A stretch of DNA of 24,785 bases, taken from NCBI GenBank assembly GCA_041752695.1, contig JBGSVZ010000107.1, positions 1 through 24,785 on the forward strand, in the 5' to 3' direction. Below, one piece after another: positions 5,496-15,824 of the stretch. Source of the stretch: Terrimicrobiaceae bacterium. Its GTDB lineage: Bacteria > Verrucomicrobiota > Verrucomicrobiia > Chthoniobacterales > Terrimicrobiaceae. The stretch's first letter is position 1; each line of letters starts with the position of its first letter. The position numbers were made by a program, and so were the translations under genes. The notes under the pieces are model-generated. The model was not told the origin of the DNA and did not search any database. It saw only the letters and a program-made list of their open reading frames with translations.

Positions 5496-6479
5496 TTATC
5501 CTCCCACCTCCGCGCGGGCCTGTTCGGCGAGGGCTGTGCTGAGATACCGCTCACCGGTGGAGCAGCCGATGGTGACAATCAACTTGCCGGCGTTTTCCGG
5601 ACGTTTGGCAAATTCGATGGCGGCATGCACATTGGCCCCCGTGCTGATGCCGACCAGCATGCCCTCTTCCTTGGCGAGGCGGCGGGCCATGGCAAAGGCG
5701 TCGTCGTTGCTCACCTGAATGCACTCGCTGATTTGCGATTCGCCGGCGGCGTTTTTCAAATGCAGATTGTTGGGGACAAAACCGGCTCCGGTGCCCTGGA
5801 TCTTGTGCGGGCCGGGTTTGACCGGTTCCCCGGCCAGAGTCTGCGAAATGACAGGCGAATCCTTGGGTTCCACGGCGATGGCTTGGAATGAGGCGCGGCG
5901 GGGTTTGATCACTTCCACACATCCGCTGATCGTTCCGCCCGTTCCAACCGCGGCGACCAACACGTCCACTTTGCCGTCGGTGTCCTCCCAGATCTCCTCC
6001 GCCGTGGTGGCGCTGTGGATGGCGGGATTGGCGGGGTTGTTAAATTGCTGCGGCATCCACGAGCCGGGCGTCTCCCGGACGAGGGACTCGGCGCGGGAAA
6101 TGGCTCCCTTCATTCCTTCGGCACCCGGGGTGAGAACGAGCTTCGCGCCCAGCATGGCGAGGAGCGTGCGACGCTCGAGGCTCATCGTTTCGGGCATGGT
6201 GAGAATGAGTTTGTAACCCTTGGCGGCCGCGACGAAGGCCAGCGCGATGCCGGTGTTGCCGCTGGTGGGCTCGATAATCACGGTATCCTTCTTCAAGATG
6301 CCTTTTTTCTCGGCATCCTCGATCATGGCCATGCCGATGCGATCCTTGACGCTGCCCAGCGGGTTAAAAAACTCACACTTCACCGCGATGGTGGCGTTGA
6401 GGCCTTCCGTAACCTTGTTCAGTTTGACGAGCGGGGTGCGGCCGACGGTTTCGACGATATCGTTGTAAATCTTGCCCAT
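5496..6479 (-). CDS. cysK: Cysteine synthase A (O-acetylserine sulfhydrylase)
   Basis: [14 protein letters not shown]-lysine, [19 protein letters not shown] and GERYLST motifs. Confidence 0.96.
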   Translation of the reverse strand: MGKIYNDIVETVGRTPLVKLNKVTEGLNATIAVKCEFFNPLGSVKDRIGMAMIEDAEKKGILKKDTVIIEPTSGNTGIALAFVAAAKGYKLILTMPETMSLERRTLLAMLGAKLVLTPGAEGMKGAISRAESLVRETPGSWMPQQFNNPANPAIHSATTAEEIWEDTDGKVDVLVAAVGTGGTISGCVEVIKPRRASFQAIAVEPKDSPVISQTLAGEPVKPGPHKIQGTGAGFVPNNLHLKNAAGESQISECIQVSNDDAFAMARRLAKEEGMLVGISTGANVHAAIEFAKRPENAGKLIVTIGCSTGERYLSTALAEQARAEVGG

Positions 6480-6657
6480 GATATTTGGTGAGGGATTGGG
6501 TGGGAAAAACTACACAACCGCCCTTCCGCGGGCAACGGCTTTCTTGCATCCTGGCTCCCGGCCTTTTACGCTTCTTTCTTCCCGTCCCCCCTCCCCGGCC
6601 AAAAAATTCCGGTGCGAGATCGTGGATGGGGCGATAAATTCCGAAATTCCTCCCGTC

Positions 6658-6939
6658 ATGCCTCCCCTCGTCCCCGAATCCGAAATCCCCTCCCTCCTCG
6701 CCAAGATCCCCGGTTGGAAACGCGACATCGTCGAAATTTCCCGGCGGTTCCAATTCCGCGACTTCCCCGCCGCCATGGCCTTTGTGAATGCCGTCGCAGA
6801 AATCGCCGAGACGGCGAATCACCATCCGGATATCGACATCCGCTGGAACAAGGTGTTGATCCGCCTTTCCACGCACAGCGATGGTGGTCTCACGGACAAG
6901 GATTTTGCCCTCGCCGAGCAGATCGACCGGTTGGACTGA
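6658..6939 (+). CDS. Pterin-4-alpha-carbinolamine dehydratase (PhhB family)
   Basis: FRDFPAAMAFVN, NHHPDI and THSDGGLTDKDF motifs; ATG at 6658. Confidence 0.92.
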   Translation: MPPLVPESEIPSLLAKIPGWKRDIVEISRRFQFRDFPAAMAFVNAVAEIAETANHHPDIDIRWNKVLIRLSTHSDGGLTDKDFALAEQIDRLD

Positions 6940-6972
6940 GCGCGTTCTTCCCGGAGGGGGGGGAGGGGGAGG

Positions 6973-7007
6973 AGATGTCGGATGTGAGAAGTTCGATGTG
7001 CGATGTG
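6973..7007. repeat. Degenerate heptamer tandem repeat (5 units)
   Basis: agatgtc ggatgtg agaagtt cgatgtg cgatgtg; same style as 4214-4290. Confidence 0.7.
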
Positions 7008-7115
7008 GGCGCTTCGCGCCTCGTGCCGCCTCCGGCGGGATTCTCAAAATCTCCCATCAAACATTGGGCCCCTATAGCGTTTCAACTAATCCCATAGCCA
7101 GAATGCGACGACCCT

Positions 7116-7171
7116 GGTAGGGGCGCGAGACCCTTCGCGCCCAGGGACGGCAGCGGTGTGCCGCCCCTACC
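7116..7171. repeat. GTAG-type REP doublet (REPIN-like inverted pair)
   Basis: ggtaggggcg...cgcccctacc inverted ends, each arm internally palindromic, between convergent genes. Confidence 0.7.
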
Positions 7172-7208
7172 GAACGCTGTCAAACGGCTCGTGTTTTCGT
7201 TGAACCGC

Positions 7209-8864
7209 TTAGCCCGGGATGTTTTTTAACAACTCGGCGTTGGTGGGGTATTTTTTGATGAAAAACAGGAGGCGCTCGATGGCTTCGATGGGCTTGTGGC
7301 CGGCGAGGCCGCGGCGGATGACGCTGATTTTGTGCAGCTCTTCCGGGCTGAGGAGAAGTTCCTCGCGGCGGGTGCCGGAGAGAAAGATGTCCACGGCCGG
7401 GTAGATCCGCTGGTCGCTGATCTTGCGGTCCAGGACGAGCTCCATGTTGCCGGTGCCTTTAAACTCCTGGAAGATGAGGTCATCCATCCGGCTGTTCGTC
7501 TCAATGAGGGCGGTGGCCATAATGGTGAGCGAGCCGGCTTCCTCGGTGTTGCGGGCGGCGGCGAAAATTTTGCGCGGGATTTCCAGGGCTCGCGAATCGA
7601 CGCCGCCGGACATGGTGCGACCGCCGCCGCCCTGGGCGTTGTTGAACGCGCGGCCGATGCGGGTGAGCGAGTCCATGAGCATGAACACGTCCTTACCCAT
7701 TTCGACGAGGCGCTTGGCGCGCTCGGAGGCGAGTTGGGCGATGCGGGTGTGGGTCTTGATGTCGGAGTCGTTCGAACTCGCCATCAGCTCCGCCGTGGGC
7801 ACGGTGCGACGGATTTCTGTCACTTCCTCCGGACGTTCGTCCACCAGGAGAATGATGAGTTTCATCTCGGGGTGATTTTTCACCACGGCGTCGGCGATAT
7901 GCTGGAGCAGAGTGGTCTTGCCGGTGCGGGGCGGGGCGACAATGAGCCCGCGCTGGCCTTTGCCCACGGGGGTCATGAGGTCCATCACGCGGGTGGTGTG
8001 GCGCTCGGTCGTGGTCTCCAGTTTGACCCGTTTATTGGGGCTGATGGTGGTCAGTTCCTCAAAGACGGGAAAATTCGCCGGGAAGGTGTCGGGATCCTGG
8101 CCTTCGAGCTCGGTGAGCTTGTAGAGCTGGGGTCCGCGGCTGCCGCGGCGGGTCTCGCCCTTGATCCACATGCCATCGCGGAGGTTGTGTTTGCGGACGA
8201 CCTCGGGGGTGACAAAAACGTCGTTGTTCGACTGGGAGAAGTTGCGGCGGGGTTCGCGCAGGAAACCAAAACCTTTCCCGGAAACTTCCACGATGCCTTC
8301 GGCAAAAACCGGCGGGGCGGGAGGCGGCGGGGGACCGGCGGGGACCGCCGGGGCGGCGGGTTGCTGATGGGTGTTGGGGGATTGCTGATTCCCGGCAGGC
8401 TGGCCCTGCTGGTTGGACTGCTGATCCCGGAAGCCGTCACGGTTGCGGTTATTGCGGTCGCGACGAAAACGTCCGCGGCGTCCGCCGCCCTCGCGGTCGT
8501 TCCGATCATTATCGCGGGGATCGGGGTGGATGATTTCGGCTTGCGGCACCGGGGCGGCAGGGGCGGCGACCGGAGCGGGCGCTTCGGCGGCAGGCGCAGG
8601 GTGAGGTTCAAGAGGAGGGGTCGAGGGCGCCACGATGGCGGGCTGGGGAGCATCGGCCGGCTTCACCGCTTCGATGGTCTCGACCTGCTCAGCCTCCCGG
8701 TTGTTTTTTTCTCCCTCGGCCGAAACGGCAGGCGTGCTGGTCGCTTTTTTGGGAGCGCGAGGCTTGCGGGGGGCGGCCTTGGCGGCTCCGGCGGCCGCAG
8801 CGGTGCGACGGGGTTTTTTGGCGGGCGCGGCAGGCGCGGAAAGTTCGGTGTTGTCTTCAGTCAT
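7209..8864 (-). CDS. rho: Transcription termination factor Rho with long low-complexity N-terminus
   Basis: GFGFLR RNA-binding motif, GKGQRGLIVAPPRTGKT, DERPEEVT, FKGTGNMEL and SGTRREELL motifs; start MTEDN at 8864. Confidence 0.96.
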   Translation of the reverse strand: MTEDNTELSAPAAPAKKPRRTAAAAGAAKAAPRKPRAPKKATSTPAVSAEGEKNNREAEQVETIEAVKPADAPQPAIVAPSTPPLEPHPAPAAEAPAPVAAPAAPVPQAEIIHPDPRDNDRNDREGGGRRGRFRRDRNNRNRDGFRDQQSNQQGQPAGNQQSPNTHQQPAAPAVPAGPPPPPAPPVFAEGIVEVSGKGFGFLREPRRNFSQSNNDVFVTPEVVRKHNLRDGMWIKGETRRGSRGPQLYKLTELEGQDPDTFPANFPVFEELTTISPNKRVKLETTTERHTTRVMDLMTPVGKGQRGLIVAPPRTGKTTLLQHIADAVVKNHPEMKLIILLVDERPEEVTEIRRTVPTAELMASSNDSDIKTHTRIAQLASERAKRLVEMGKDVFMLMDSLTRIGRAFNNAQGGGGRTMSGGVDSRALEIPRKIFAAARNTEEAGSLTIMATALIETNSRMDDLIFQEFKGTGNMELVLDRKISDQRIYPAVDIFLSGTRREELLLSPEELHKISVIRRGLAGHKPIEAIERLLFFIKKYPTNAELLKNIPG

Positions 8865-8874
8865 GGCAAAAAGT

Positions 8875-9630
8875 TCAGTTGTCTTGCAATCGGGCAAGGA
8901 TGTCGTCGGGGATGTCAAAATTGGCGTGGACGCTGAGCACGTCGTCACAGTCGTCAAGGGCGTCGCAGAGTTTCAGCACCTGGGAGGCGGTTTGCGGGTC
9001 GGTGACGGGGATGGAATTTTCGGGGATGTAGGTGAGTTTCTGGCTGTCGGGTTCGACGGAGGCTTTTTTGAGCGACTCGGCGACGGCATACAGTTGATCG
9101 GCCGGGGTGGTGATCACGTGATGTTCTTCGTCGCCGCCCAGTTCCTCGGCACCCGCTTCGAGAACGACTTCGAGAAGCCGGTCTTCGTCCACGAGGGAGA
9201 GAGGAACCGTGATCTGGCCCTTGCGGTGGAACATGTACGAAACACTGCCCGGCCCGCCGAGGTTGCCGTGATTTTTGGAAAAAATGAGCCGCAGGTCCGC
9301 GGCCGTGCGGTTTTTGTTGTCCGTCGCCGTTTCGATGATGAGGGCGACGCCGCCGGGGGCATAACCTTCGTAAACCAATTCTTCCACGGCTTGGACGCCG
9401 GGCTCGCCGATGCCTTTTTTGATAGCGCGGTCAATATTGTCATTGGGCATGCTCTGGGTGCGGGCCGACTGGACGGCGGCACGCAGCCGGGGATTGAAGT
9501 CGGGGTTGCCCCCGCCGAGCCTCGCAGAGACGGTGATCTCCTTGGAAAGCCTGGAAAAAAGCCTGCCGCGTTTGACATCCAAGGCACCTTTGAGGCGCTT
9601 GATCTTCGACCATTTATTGTGGCCGGCCAT
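8875..9630 (-). CDS. yebC: YebC/PmpR family protein
   Basis: MAGHNKWSKIK, YEGYAPGGVA and TDNKNRT motifs. Confidence 0.95.
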   Translation of the reverse strand: MAGHNKWSKIKRLKGALDVKRGRLFSRLSKEITVSARLGGGNPDFNPRLRAAVQSARTQSMPNDNIDRAIKKGIGEPGVQAVEELVYEGYAPGGVALIIETATDNKNRTAADLRLIFSKNHGNLGGPGSVSYMFHRKGQITVPLSLVDEDRLLEVVLEAGAEELGGDEEHHVITTPADQLYAVAESLKKASVEPDSQKLTYIPENSIPVTDPQTASQVLKLCDALDDCDDVLSVHANFDIPDDILARLQDN

Positions 9631-9867
9631 GAATAAATATGAATATGGAAATCCTTCCGCTCGCGTTGGGGAGCCTCACTGGCACACACAACCGGCGTGG
9701 GGTTGGGTTAAAAAGAAAATCGAACTTTACGGATTCGATGGGAAGGAGCCGCCGGACGGCTGCCCGAATCGAATGATGCGTCAAAGAACTGCAACCGGCG
9801 GGCAATGTCAACGCCTTTTCACAAGAATCGGAGTCGAAGGACGCATCGCCCCGTGGCAGCGGCATCC

Positions 9868-11625
9868 TTAATTCAGCCGGCTGCGCTGACTGCCGATCCA
9901 AGCAACAAAGAGCCCAATGATGATATGCGAACAGAGCACCCAAAGGCAGAGTGCGGCCGGTGAGAGGGCGGTCTGCGCCACCATCTGGACGATGTCGTAA
10001 TATCGCTCGCCACGCAGAGTTTGCAGCACGCCCGACCAGCTCCAGTAGGCCGAGATAAACGGCCGGGTGAGCGAGCCGACCCAATCGGGCAGCGCCAGAA
10101 CTGCGCCGGAGAGCGGGAGTTGGAAACCGACCAGATAGATGGAAACCAATGACGCTTGCTCGGCCGTGCCCATGAGGCTCGAAATCGCCAGGCAGATGGA
10201 GGTCATGGCCGCATTGACAAGGAACAAAAACAACAGCTGCGCCGGCAGGTCCCCGGGAAAATTGCAGACAAAATGCACAAAGAGCCCCATCCAAAACGAC
10301 TGGGCGATGACGAGGGTGAGCAAAAACACCGCCTTGCTCCCGATGTACGCCAGCGGGCTGAGGCCGGAGAGTTTTTCTTTCTCGAAAATGAGACGCTCGG
10401 CAGCGATCTCGCGGCCGGAGTTGTTTGCCCCCATCAGGGTGAGCAGGATCACCTGGAACATGACGATACCGGAGACAAGGCTGCCGATCTTGCTGCCCTG
10501 AACGAGGAAATCGACGTTCTCCTTGAGCTGTTGGACCACATTGAGGTCCATCCCCATGGAGAGGTTCTGAATGGCCGGAAGGCCGTTCCAGGCGAAGATG
10601 GCCACGAGGATGGGGAAGCCAATGATCAGCCCGATCTGGAGAAAAATCTGCGCCTTGGTGCGGGAGAAAATCCGGAACCGCCGCGAGGTGAGAGTGAGAA
10701 ACTGACTGCATGCCCCCGGCTGCGGCAGCGTCTCGCTGCGCTGGGGTTCCGGCGGCAGTTCGATGGTCTGGTCGGGCTCCTCGATGGGGCTTTCGAAATG
10801 CACGTGGTCCAAGGCCCCTCGCTCCTGTCCGGCCATGGTTTCCGCGAAGGCGTGGCGGTGTTTTTTCCACGACCCCGACCATTCGCGGGCTTCGCGCAAG
10901 GCGAGCTGGCCGTAAAGATCCTGCGGGTCGTCGCAGCGGAAATAATGGGACAAATATTCCGGCGGCCCGTGGTAAGCGACCACACCCTGATAAAGCACCA
11001 GCACCGAGTCGTAATAACTGAGATGGCGCAGGCTGTGCGTGACGGAGAGCACCACGCGGCCGTCGGTGCGGGAGAGGCCGTGAAGGAGGGTGACAATTTC
11101 GTCCTCGGATTGCGGATCGAGTCCGCTGGTCACCTCATCGCAGAGCAACATCACCGGCTTGCTGGCCAGCTCCATGGCGAGGGCGAGGCGGCGTTTTTGT
11201 CCGCCGGAAAGTACGTGGACCAGGCGGTCGGAAAATTCGGTCATGTTCACCTCGTCGAGCACCCGGGCGACGGCCTCGTCAAGCGGGTCGCCATGCATGC
11301 CGCGGACCCGGAGTTTGATCGAATACGCCACACACTCCCGCACGGTCAGCTCTTCGTAGGCGATGCTGAACTGCGGCGCGTAGCCAATCTCGGAGGGCGA
11401 AAAATCCTGCTCCATGAGATTCTGACCATGCCAGCGAATTTCCCCTTCCTCGTCCCCATGGGCGATGCCGGTGATGACCTTCAGCAGCGTGCTTTTGCCG
11501 CAGCCGGAAGGGCCGATGATCGCGCCGAAATGACCGCGGGGGAATTTGGCATTGATATCGGACAGCAGAGGTTTGACCTCGCCGCCTTGTCCGATGAAGA
11601 GGGTGACATCGCGGAGTTCCAGCAC
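9868..11625 (-). CDS. ABCG-type transporter, fused ATPase + ABC-2 membrane domain
   Basis: Walker A GPSGCGKS, signature LSGGQ, Walker B LLCDE, H-loop VTH; C-terminal multi-TM domain with EIAAERLIFEKE. Start is probably GTG 11625 (ORF is open to 11661). Confidence 0.9.
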   Translation of the reverse strand: MLELRDVTLFIGQGGEVKPLLSDINAKFPRGHFGAIIGPSGCGKSTLLKVITGIAHGDEEGEIRWHGQNLMEQDFSPSEIGYAPQFSIAYEELTVRECVAYSIKLRVRGMHGDPLDEAVARVLDEVNMTEFSDRLVHVLSGGQKRRLALAMELASKPVMLLCDEVTSGLDPQSEDEIVTLLHGLSRTDGRVVLSVTHSLRHLSYYDSVLVLYQGVVAYHGPPEYLSHYFRCDDPQDLYGQLALREAREWSGSWKKHRHAFAETMAGQERGALDHVHFESPIEEPDQTIELPPEPQRSETLPQPGACSQFLTLTSRRFRIFSRTKAQIFLQIGLIIGFPILVAIFAWNGLPAIQNLSMGMDLNVVQQLKENVDFLVQGSKIGSLVSGIVMFQVILLTLMGANNSGREIAAERLIFEKEKLSGLSPLAYIGSKAVFLLTLVIAQSFWMGLFVHFVCNFPGDLPAQLLFLFLVNAAMTSICLAISSLMGTAEQASLVSIYLVGFQLPLSGAVLALPDWVGSLTRPFISAYWSWSGVLQTLRGERYYDIVQMVAQTALSPAALCLWVLCSHIIIGLFVAWIGSQRSRLN

Positions 11626-11710
11626 GGCGGGCAGGGTTGCGAAACTCAGCCGGAATGACAAGCGTTAGCGCGCGGGACGGTGAAAAAGACGCGGCGCTGG
11701 AGACAACGAA

Positions 11711-11938
11711 CTACCCTTTCTTCCCCGGTGGTCGCACAACTTCGCCGGTGTAAGGATCGATGTAGGGAAGGCCGGCTTTCCGCCGCTGTTCCAGAAAATT
11801 GCGGGAAAGGTCACACAATGCTTCCAAGCTTTCCAGCTTCTGACGAAAGGAAAGCGCCAGATACTGCTGGTGTTGCTGGCGGCGGCTTCCCTTCCATGTG
11901 GTCAGGGACCAGTCGATTTCCTCACCCTTTGCGATCAT
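11711..11938 (-). CDS. Small hypothetical protein coupled to the upstream nucleotidyltransferase
   Basis: 75 aa MIAKGEEIDWSLTTWKGSRRQQ...; overlaps the 3' end of 11922..12443. Confidence 0.7.
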   Translation of the reverse strand: MIAKGEEIDWSLTTWKGSRRQQHQQYLALSFRQKLESLEALCDLSRNFLEQRRKAGLPYIDPYTGEVVRPPGKKG

Positions 11939-12443
11939 AACTTGAAGGCTTTCCATACAGGAGATTCAACTCATCGACATCCGCAAGGTCTTTGGGGCGA
12001 CCGGCCGCTAGCTTCATAGCCAGCAAGGCTTCAAGCCGCAAGACCCTTGCGGCTGTGCCGGGACCAACTTCGTGAAGAAGAGCGTCTCGATATTCGGCTT
12101 CAAAATGGAACGGCTCGGTGACAAAAATATCCAGCGGAGTCTCGCGATGGGAATCGCCCCACATTTTCAACACCAGCATGCCCTTTTCGGCAATCCAGGA
12201 AGAGCGGAGCGAGGCGTCCGAAAATTGGTCCGCGTTGATCGGCACAGTAGGGCGATAATCAATCGACTCCAACGCTGCGAAGGCCTCTCCGATATTCTCG
12301 GGATTCAGTTGGATGACGATATCCACATCGAACGTAGTCCGACCAATACCATGAGCGATCACGGCCAGCCCACCAACCACGATGTACCGAACGCCCGCCT
12401 CATTAAGCGCTCGGACGATGGCCTCGAAGCTGGCGAGTTTCAT
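11922..12443 (-). CDS. Nucleotidyltransferase superfamily protein (AbiEii/DUF6036-like)
   Basis: YIVVGGLAVIAHG.RTTFDVD motif and C-terminal MKLAAGRPKDLAD. Confidence 0.85.
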   Translation of the reverse strand: MKLASFEAIVRALNEAGVRYIVVGGLAVIAHGIGRTTFDVDIVIQLNPENIGEAFAALESIDYRPTVPINADQFSDASLRSSWIAEKGMLVLKMWGDSHRETPLDIFVTEPFHFEAEYRDALLHEVGPGTAARVLRLEALLAMKLAAGRPKDLADVDELNLLYGKPSSYDRKG

Positions 12444-12447
12444 ACGC

Positions 12448-14676
12448 TCAACCCATCAAATTCCCAATCGTCTCCGCCCAGGAGACATTCAGGGTGGGCA
12501 GGTCCCAGTCGAAGGTGGCCCCGTCGGCTTTGACGGACAGGACGGTCTCCTCCGTGACCGAACCGAGCGCACGGGCGGGCACGCCATGGTCGGCGAGCAG
12601 GGCCTGTGCGGCAGTGGCGTTTTCGGGTTTCACCGAAATGACGACGCGGGATTGAGATTCGTTGAAAAGCAGGACATCGGGACGCAGCCCGGTCGTGCCA
12701 AAATCCACCGCAGCACCGAGCAGGGGTTCGGCGGAGAGGCAGCTTTCGGACAGGGTCACCGCGAGACCGCCCTCAGCGCAATCGTGGGCGCTCTGCACGA
12801 GCCCGGCGCGGATGAGGGCGCGGAGCGCTTCGTGGAGGGCTTTTTCTTTCGTGTAGTCGAGGCGAGGCGGGGCGCCTGTTTTGCGGCCGTGGAGGACCTT
12901 GAGATAATGGGAGGCGCCGAGTTCGTGGCCAAGTTCGCCGAGCAGCAGAACGGTGTCCCCCGCCTGTTTAAAGGCCTGGGTGGTGACATGGGCGGGATCA
13001 TCAATCACGCCGACCATGCCGACGGTGGGCGTGGGGTCGATCGCGCCGGCAGGGCTTTGGTTGTAGAGGCTGACGTTGCCGCCCGTGACGGGCGTGGAAA
13101 ACTCGCGGCAGGCTTCAGCCAGCCCTTCGACGGCCTCGCGGAGTTGGAGGAAATTTTCCGGATTGTGCGGGTTGCCGAAATTCAGATTGTCGGTCACGGC
13201 AATGGGCACCGCGCCTGAGCAGGCCAGATTGCGCGCGGCTTCGGCCACGGCGATGCGGGCCCCTTCGCGGGGATCCTGTTTGCAATAAATCGCGTTGCAG
13301 TCCGACGTGGCGGCCAGGATGCGATTGGCTTCGCGCACGATAAAAACGGCGGCGTCCGAGCCGGGCAGCACGGTCGCGCCGAGGCGCACCATGTGGTCGT
13401 ATTGACGCCAGACCCAGCGTTTGCTCGCGATGCTGGGATCGGCCAGCAGGCGGGGCAGCGCGGCGGGAATGTAGGCGGGGGGCAGGGAATGCGGGTCGAA
13501 AGGGGCGGGCGTTTTTTTCTCCGCCACTTCGCGGTGATAAACCGGCGCTTCGTCCGCGAGGGCGCGGGCGGGAATTTCCACGACGGTGACGCCGTTTTCC
13601 TTCACCCGCATCATGCCGTCGTCCTTCACCACGCCGACCTCGGCGTAGGGGAGGTCCCATTTTTCAAAGATCTCCTTCACTTTGGCCTCTTCGCCTTTTT
13701 TGACGATGACGAGCATGCGTTCCTGGGATTCGCTGAGGAGCGTTTCGTAGGGCGTCATGCCGGTCTCACGTTTCGGCACAAGGGCGAGGTCAATTTCCAC
13801 CCCGGTGCCGCCGCGACTGGCGGTTTCGCAGGTCGAGCAGGTGAGGCCGGCCGCGCCCATGTCCTGGATGCCCGCAACGCAGCCGCTGGCGAGAAGTTCG
13901 AGGCAGGCTTCGAGCAAGAGCTTTTCGCGGAAAGGATCGCCCACCTGCACGGCGGGGCGGTCTTCCTTGGATTCTTCGGTGAGGTCGCGCGAGGCAAAAG
14001 CGGCGCCGGCGAGTCCGTCACGGCCAGTTTCCGCGCCGACGTAAAACACCGGATTTCCCACCCCCACAGCGCCGCCGCGGGCGATCTGTTCGTGGCGCAG
14101 GACGCCCAGACAGAAGACATTGACCAAAGGGTTGCCGGAATAGGACTCGTCGAAATACACCTCGCCGCCAATCGTGGGAATGCCGATGCAATTGCCGTAG
14201 TGCGAGATGCCGCTCACGACGCCGGCGAACAACCGGCGGTTGGTTTTGGCCTCGGCTGTGTCGCCCTCGATGGGGCCAAAACGCAGCGAATTGAGGCTGA
14301 AAACGGGCCGCGCACCCATCGTGAAGATGTCGCGAATGATGCCGCCCACCCCTGTCGCCGCGCCCTGGAATGGCTCGATCGCGCTGGGGTGATTGTGACT
14401 CTCCATCTTGAAGGCGACCGCCCAGCCGCCTCCGATGTCGATGACTCCGGCATTTTCCTCACCAGCCTTGACGAGGACTTTTTCGCCCGTGGTGGGGAAT
14501 TTTTTCAGTTCGGGACGGGAGTTTTTGTACGAGCAATGCTCGCTCCACATGACAGAAAAAACGCCGAGTTCGGTGAAGTTGGGTTCGCGTCCGAGGATGG
14601 AAAGGATGCGTTCGTATTCCTCGGAAGTGATGCCGTGTTTGGCGATGAGCTCGGGAGTGATGGCGGGGTCAGGCAT
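12448..14676 (-). CDS. purL: Phosphoribosylformylglycinamidine synthase subunit PurL
   Basis: [28 protein letters not shown] and LLSESQERM motifs. Confidence 0.97.
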   Translation of the reverse strand: MPDPAITPELIAKHGITSEEYERILSILGREPNFTELGVFSVMWSEHCSYKNSRPELKKFPTTGEKVLVKAGEENAGVIDIGGGWAVAFKMESHNHPSAIEPFQGAATGVGGIIRDIFTMGARPVFSLNSLRFGPIEGDTAEAKTNRRLFAGVVSGISHYGNCIGIPTIGGEVYFDESYSGNPLVNVFCLGVLRHEQIARGGAVGVGNPVFYVGAETGRDGLAGAAFASRDLTEESKEDRPAVQVGDPFREKLLLEACLELLASGCVAGIQDMGAAGLTCSTCETASRGGTGVEIDLALVPKRETGMTPYETLLSESQERMLVIVKKGEEAKVKEIFEKWDLPYAEVGVVKDDGMMRVKENGVTVVEIPARALADEAPVYHREVAEKKTPAPFDPHSLPPAYIPAALPRLLADPSIASKRWVWRQYDHMVRLGATVLPGSDAAVFIVREANRILAATSDCNAIYCKQDPREGARIAVAEAARNLACSGAVPIAVTDNLNFGNPHNPENFLQLREAVEGLAEACREFSTPVTGGNVSLYNQSPAGAIDPTPTVGMVGVIDDPAHVTTQAFKQAGDTVLLLGELGHELGASHYLKVLHGRKTGAPPRLDYTKEKALHEALRALIRAGLVQSAHDCAEGGLAVTLSESCLSAEPLLGAAVDFGTTGLRPDVLLFNESQSRVVISVKPENATAAQALLADHGVPARALGSVTEETVLSVKADGATFDWDLPTLNVSWAETIGNLMG

Positions 14677-14679
14677 GAT

Positions 14680-15393
14680 TCAGAGAGACGCGGAGATGGA
14701 GAGGCTCGGGGACGCGGAGAGGAGGCTGTCGAAAATGGCGCGGCCGTCAGTGCTGCCGAGTTGGGAGTCGCAGGCGCGTTCAGGATGGGGCATGAGGCCG
14801 AAAACGTTTCCGGCGGCGTTGCAGATGCCGGCGATGTTGGCGCGGGAGCCGTTCGGGTTGGATGCCGGTGTGACCTCGCCGCGGACGTCGCAGTAGCGCA
14901 CGAGGATGCGGTTTTCGGATTCGAGGGCGGCGATGGTGGCGTCGTCGGCAAAATAACACCCTTCGCCATGTGCGATGGGGACACGCAGGACTGTGCCGGC
15001 GGGCACGGAATGGGTGAACCGGGTGTCGGAGTTTTCCACCCGCAGATGGACATGCTCGCAGAGGAAATGGAGGTCACGGTTGCGCACCAGCGCGCCGGGC
15101 AGAAGTCCGGACTCGCAGAGAATCTGGAAGCCGTTGCAAATGCCGATGACCGTTCCGCCCTCCGCGGCAAAGGTTTTCAGCGCCGCCATGATGGGCGAAA
15201 ATCGGGCGATAGCCCCGCAGCGGAGATAGTCGCCATACGAAAAGCCGCCGGGAACAACCACGGCGTCAAAACCCGCCAGCGAAGAATCCTTGTGCCAGAC
15301 GTAATCGGCGGAAGCCCCGGGAAAGGTAGACAGGGCCTGCAGGCAATCCTGGTCGCAGTTGGACCCGGGGAAGCGAAGAACGGCAAATTTCAT
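14680..15393 (-). CDS. purQ: Phosphoribosylformylglycinamidine synthase glutaminase subunit PurQ
   Basis: [25 protein letters not shown] and MPHPER motifs; start MKFAV at 15393. Confidence 0.96.
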   Translation of the reverse strand: MKFAVLRFPGSNCDQDCLQALSTFPGASADYVWHKDSSLAGFDAVVVPGGFSYGDYLRCGAIARFSPIMAALKTFAAEGGTVIGICNGFQILCESGLLPGALVRNRDLHFLCEHVHLRVENSDTRFTHSVPAGTVLRVPIAHGEGCYFADDATIAALESENRILVRYCDVRGEVTPASNPNGSRANIAGICNAAGNVFGLMPHPERACDSQLGSTDGRAIFDSLLSASPSLSISASL

Positions 15394-15404
15394 GGGAGAA
15401 GAAA

Positions 15405-15821
15405 CCACTAATGGGCACTAAAAGGCACTAAAAATCAGAGGACCATTCGCTTCCACTCGAGTTGGGGATGGTGGCCGAAGTTGATCAGATAACCGACCCG
15501 TTTTTGGAGCGCCTTCAGGTAATTGAGGAGTTGGGCGTCATGCTCTGGGGCCAGTTGTTGCACGGCTTTCAACTCCGCGACAATTCCGCCAAAGACCAGC
15601 AGATCCGGTTCGTATCCCTGCTGAAGTGGTTCGCCCTTGTAGAAAAGCTGCAGCCACGGTTTTGCCTCAAATGGCATGGCGCGAAGGCTGAGTTCCTTCT
15701 CCATGCACTCCTGATAGACATTCTCAAGAAATCCGTGCCCCTTTTCGTTGTAAACTTCGAATGCGGCGGCCATGAGATCGTAGCCTTCCTGACGGAAGAG
15801 ATCGTGAGTGCCCATTCGTGG
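15405..15821. repeat. 15-bp inverted repeat pair (15405-15419 / 15807-15821) bracketing the GxxExxY gene
   Basis: ccactaatgggcact versus agtgcccattcgtgg, 14/15 complementary. The left arm is part of a 10-nt-period array (cactaa x3, to 15431). Confidence 0.75.
15435..15815 (-). CDS. GxxExxY protein (PD-(D/E)XK nuclease superfamily)
   Basis: GFLENVY motif, PDLLV...ELKAV, QLLNYLK and GYLINFG; ATG at 15815. Confidence 0.93.
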   Translation of the reverse strand: MGTHDLFRQEGYDLMAAAFEVYNEKGHGFLENVYQECMEKELSLRAMPFEAKPWLQLFYKGEPLQQGYEPDLLVFGGIVAELKAVQQLAPEHDAQLLNYLKALQKRVGYLINFGHHPQLEWKRMVL

Positions 15822-15824
15822 CAA

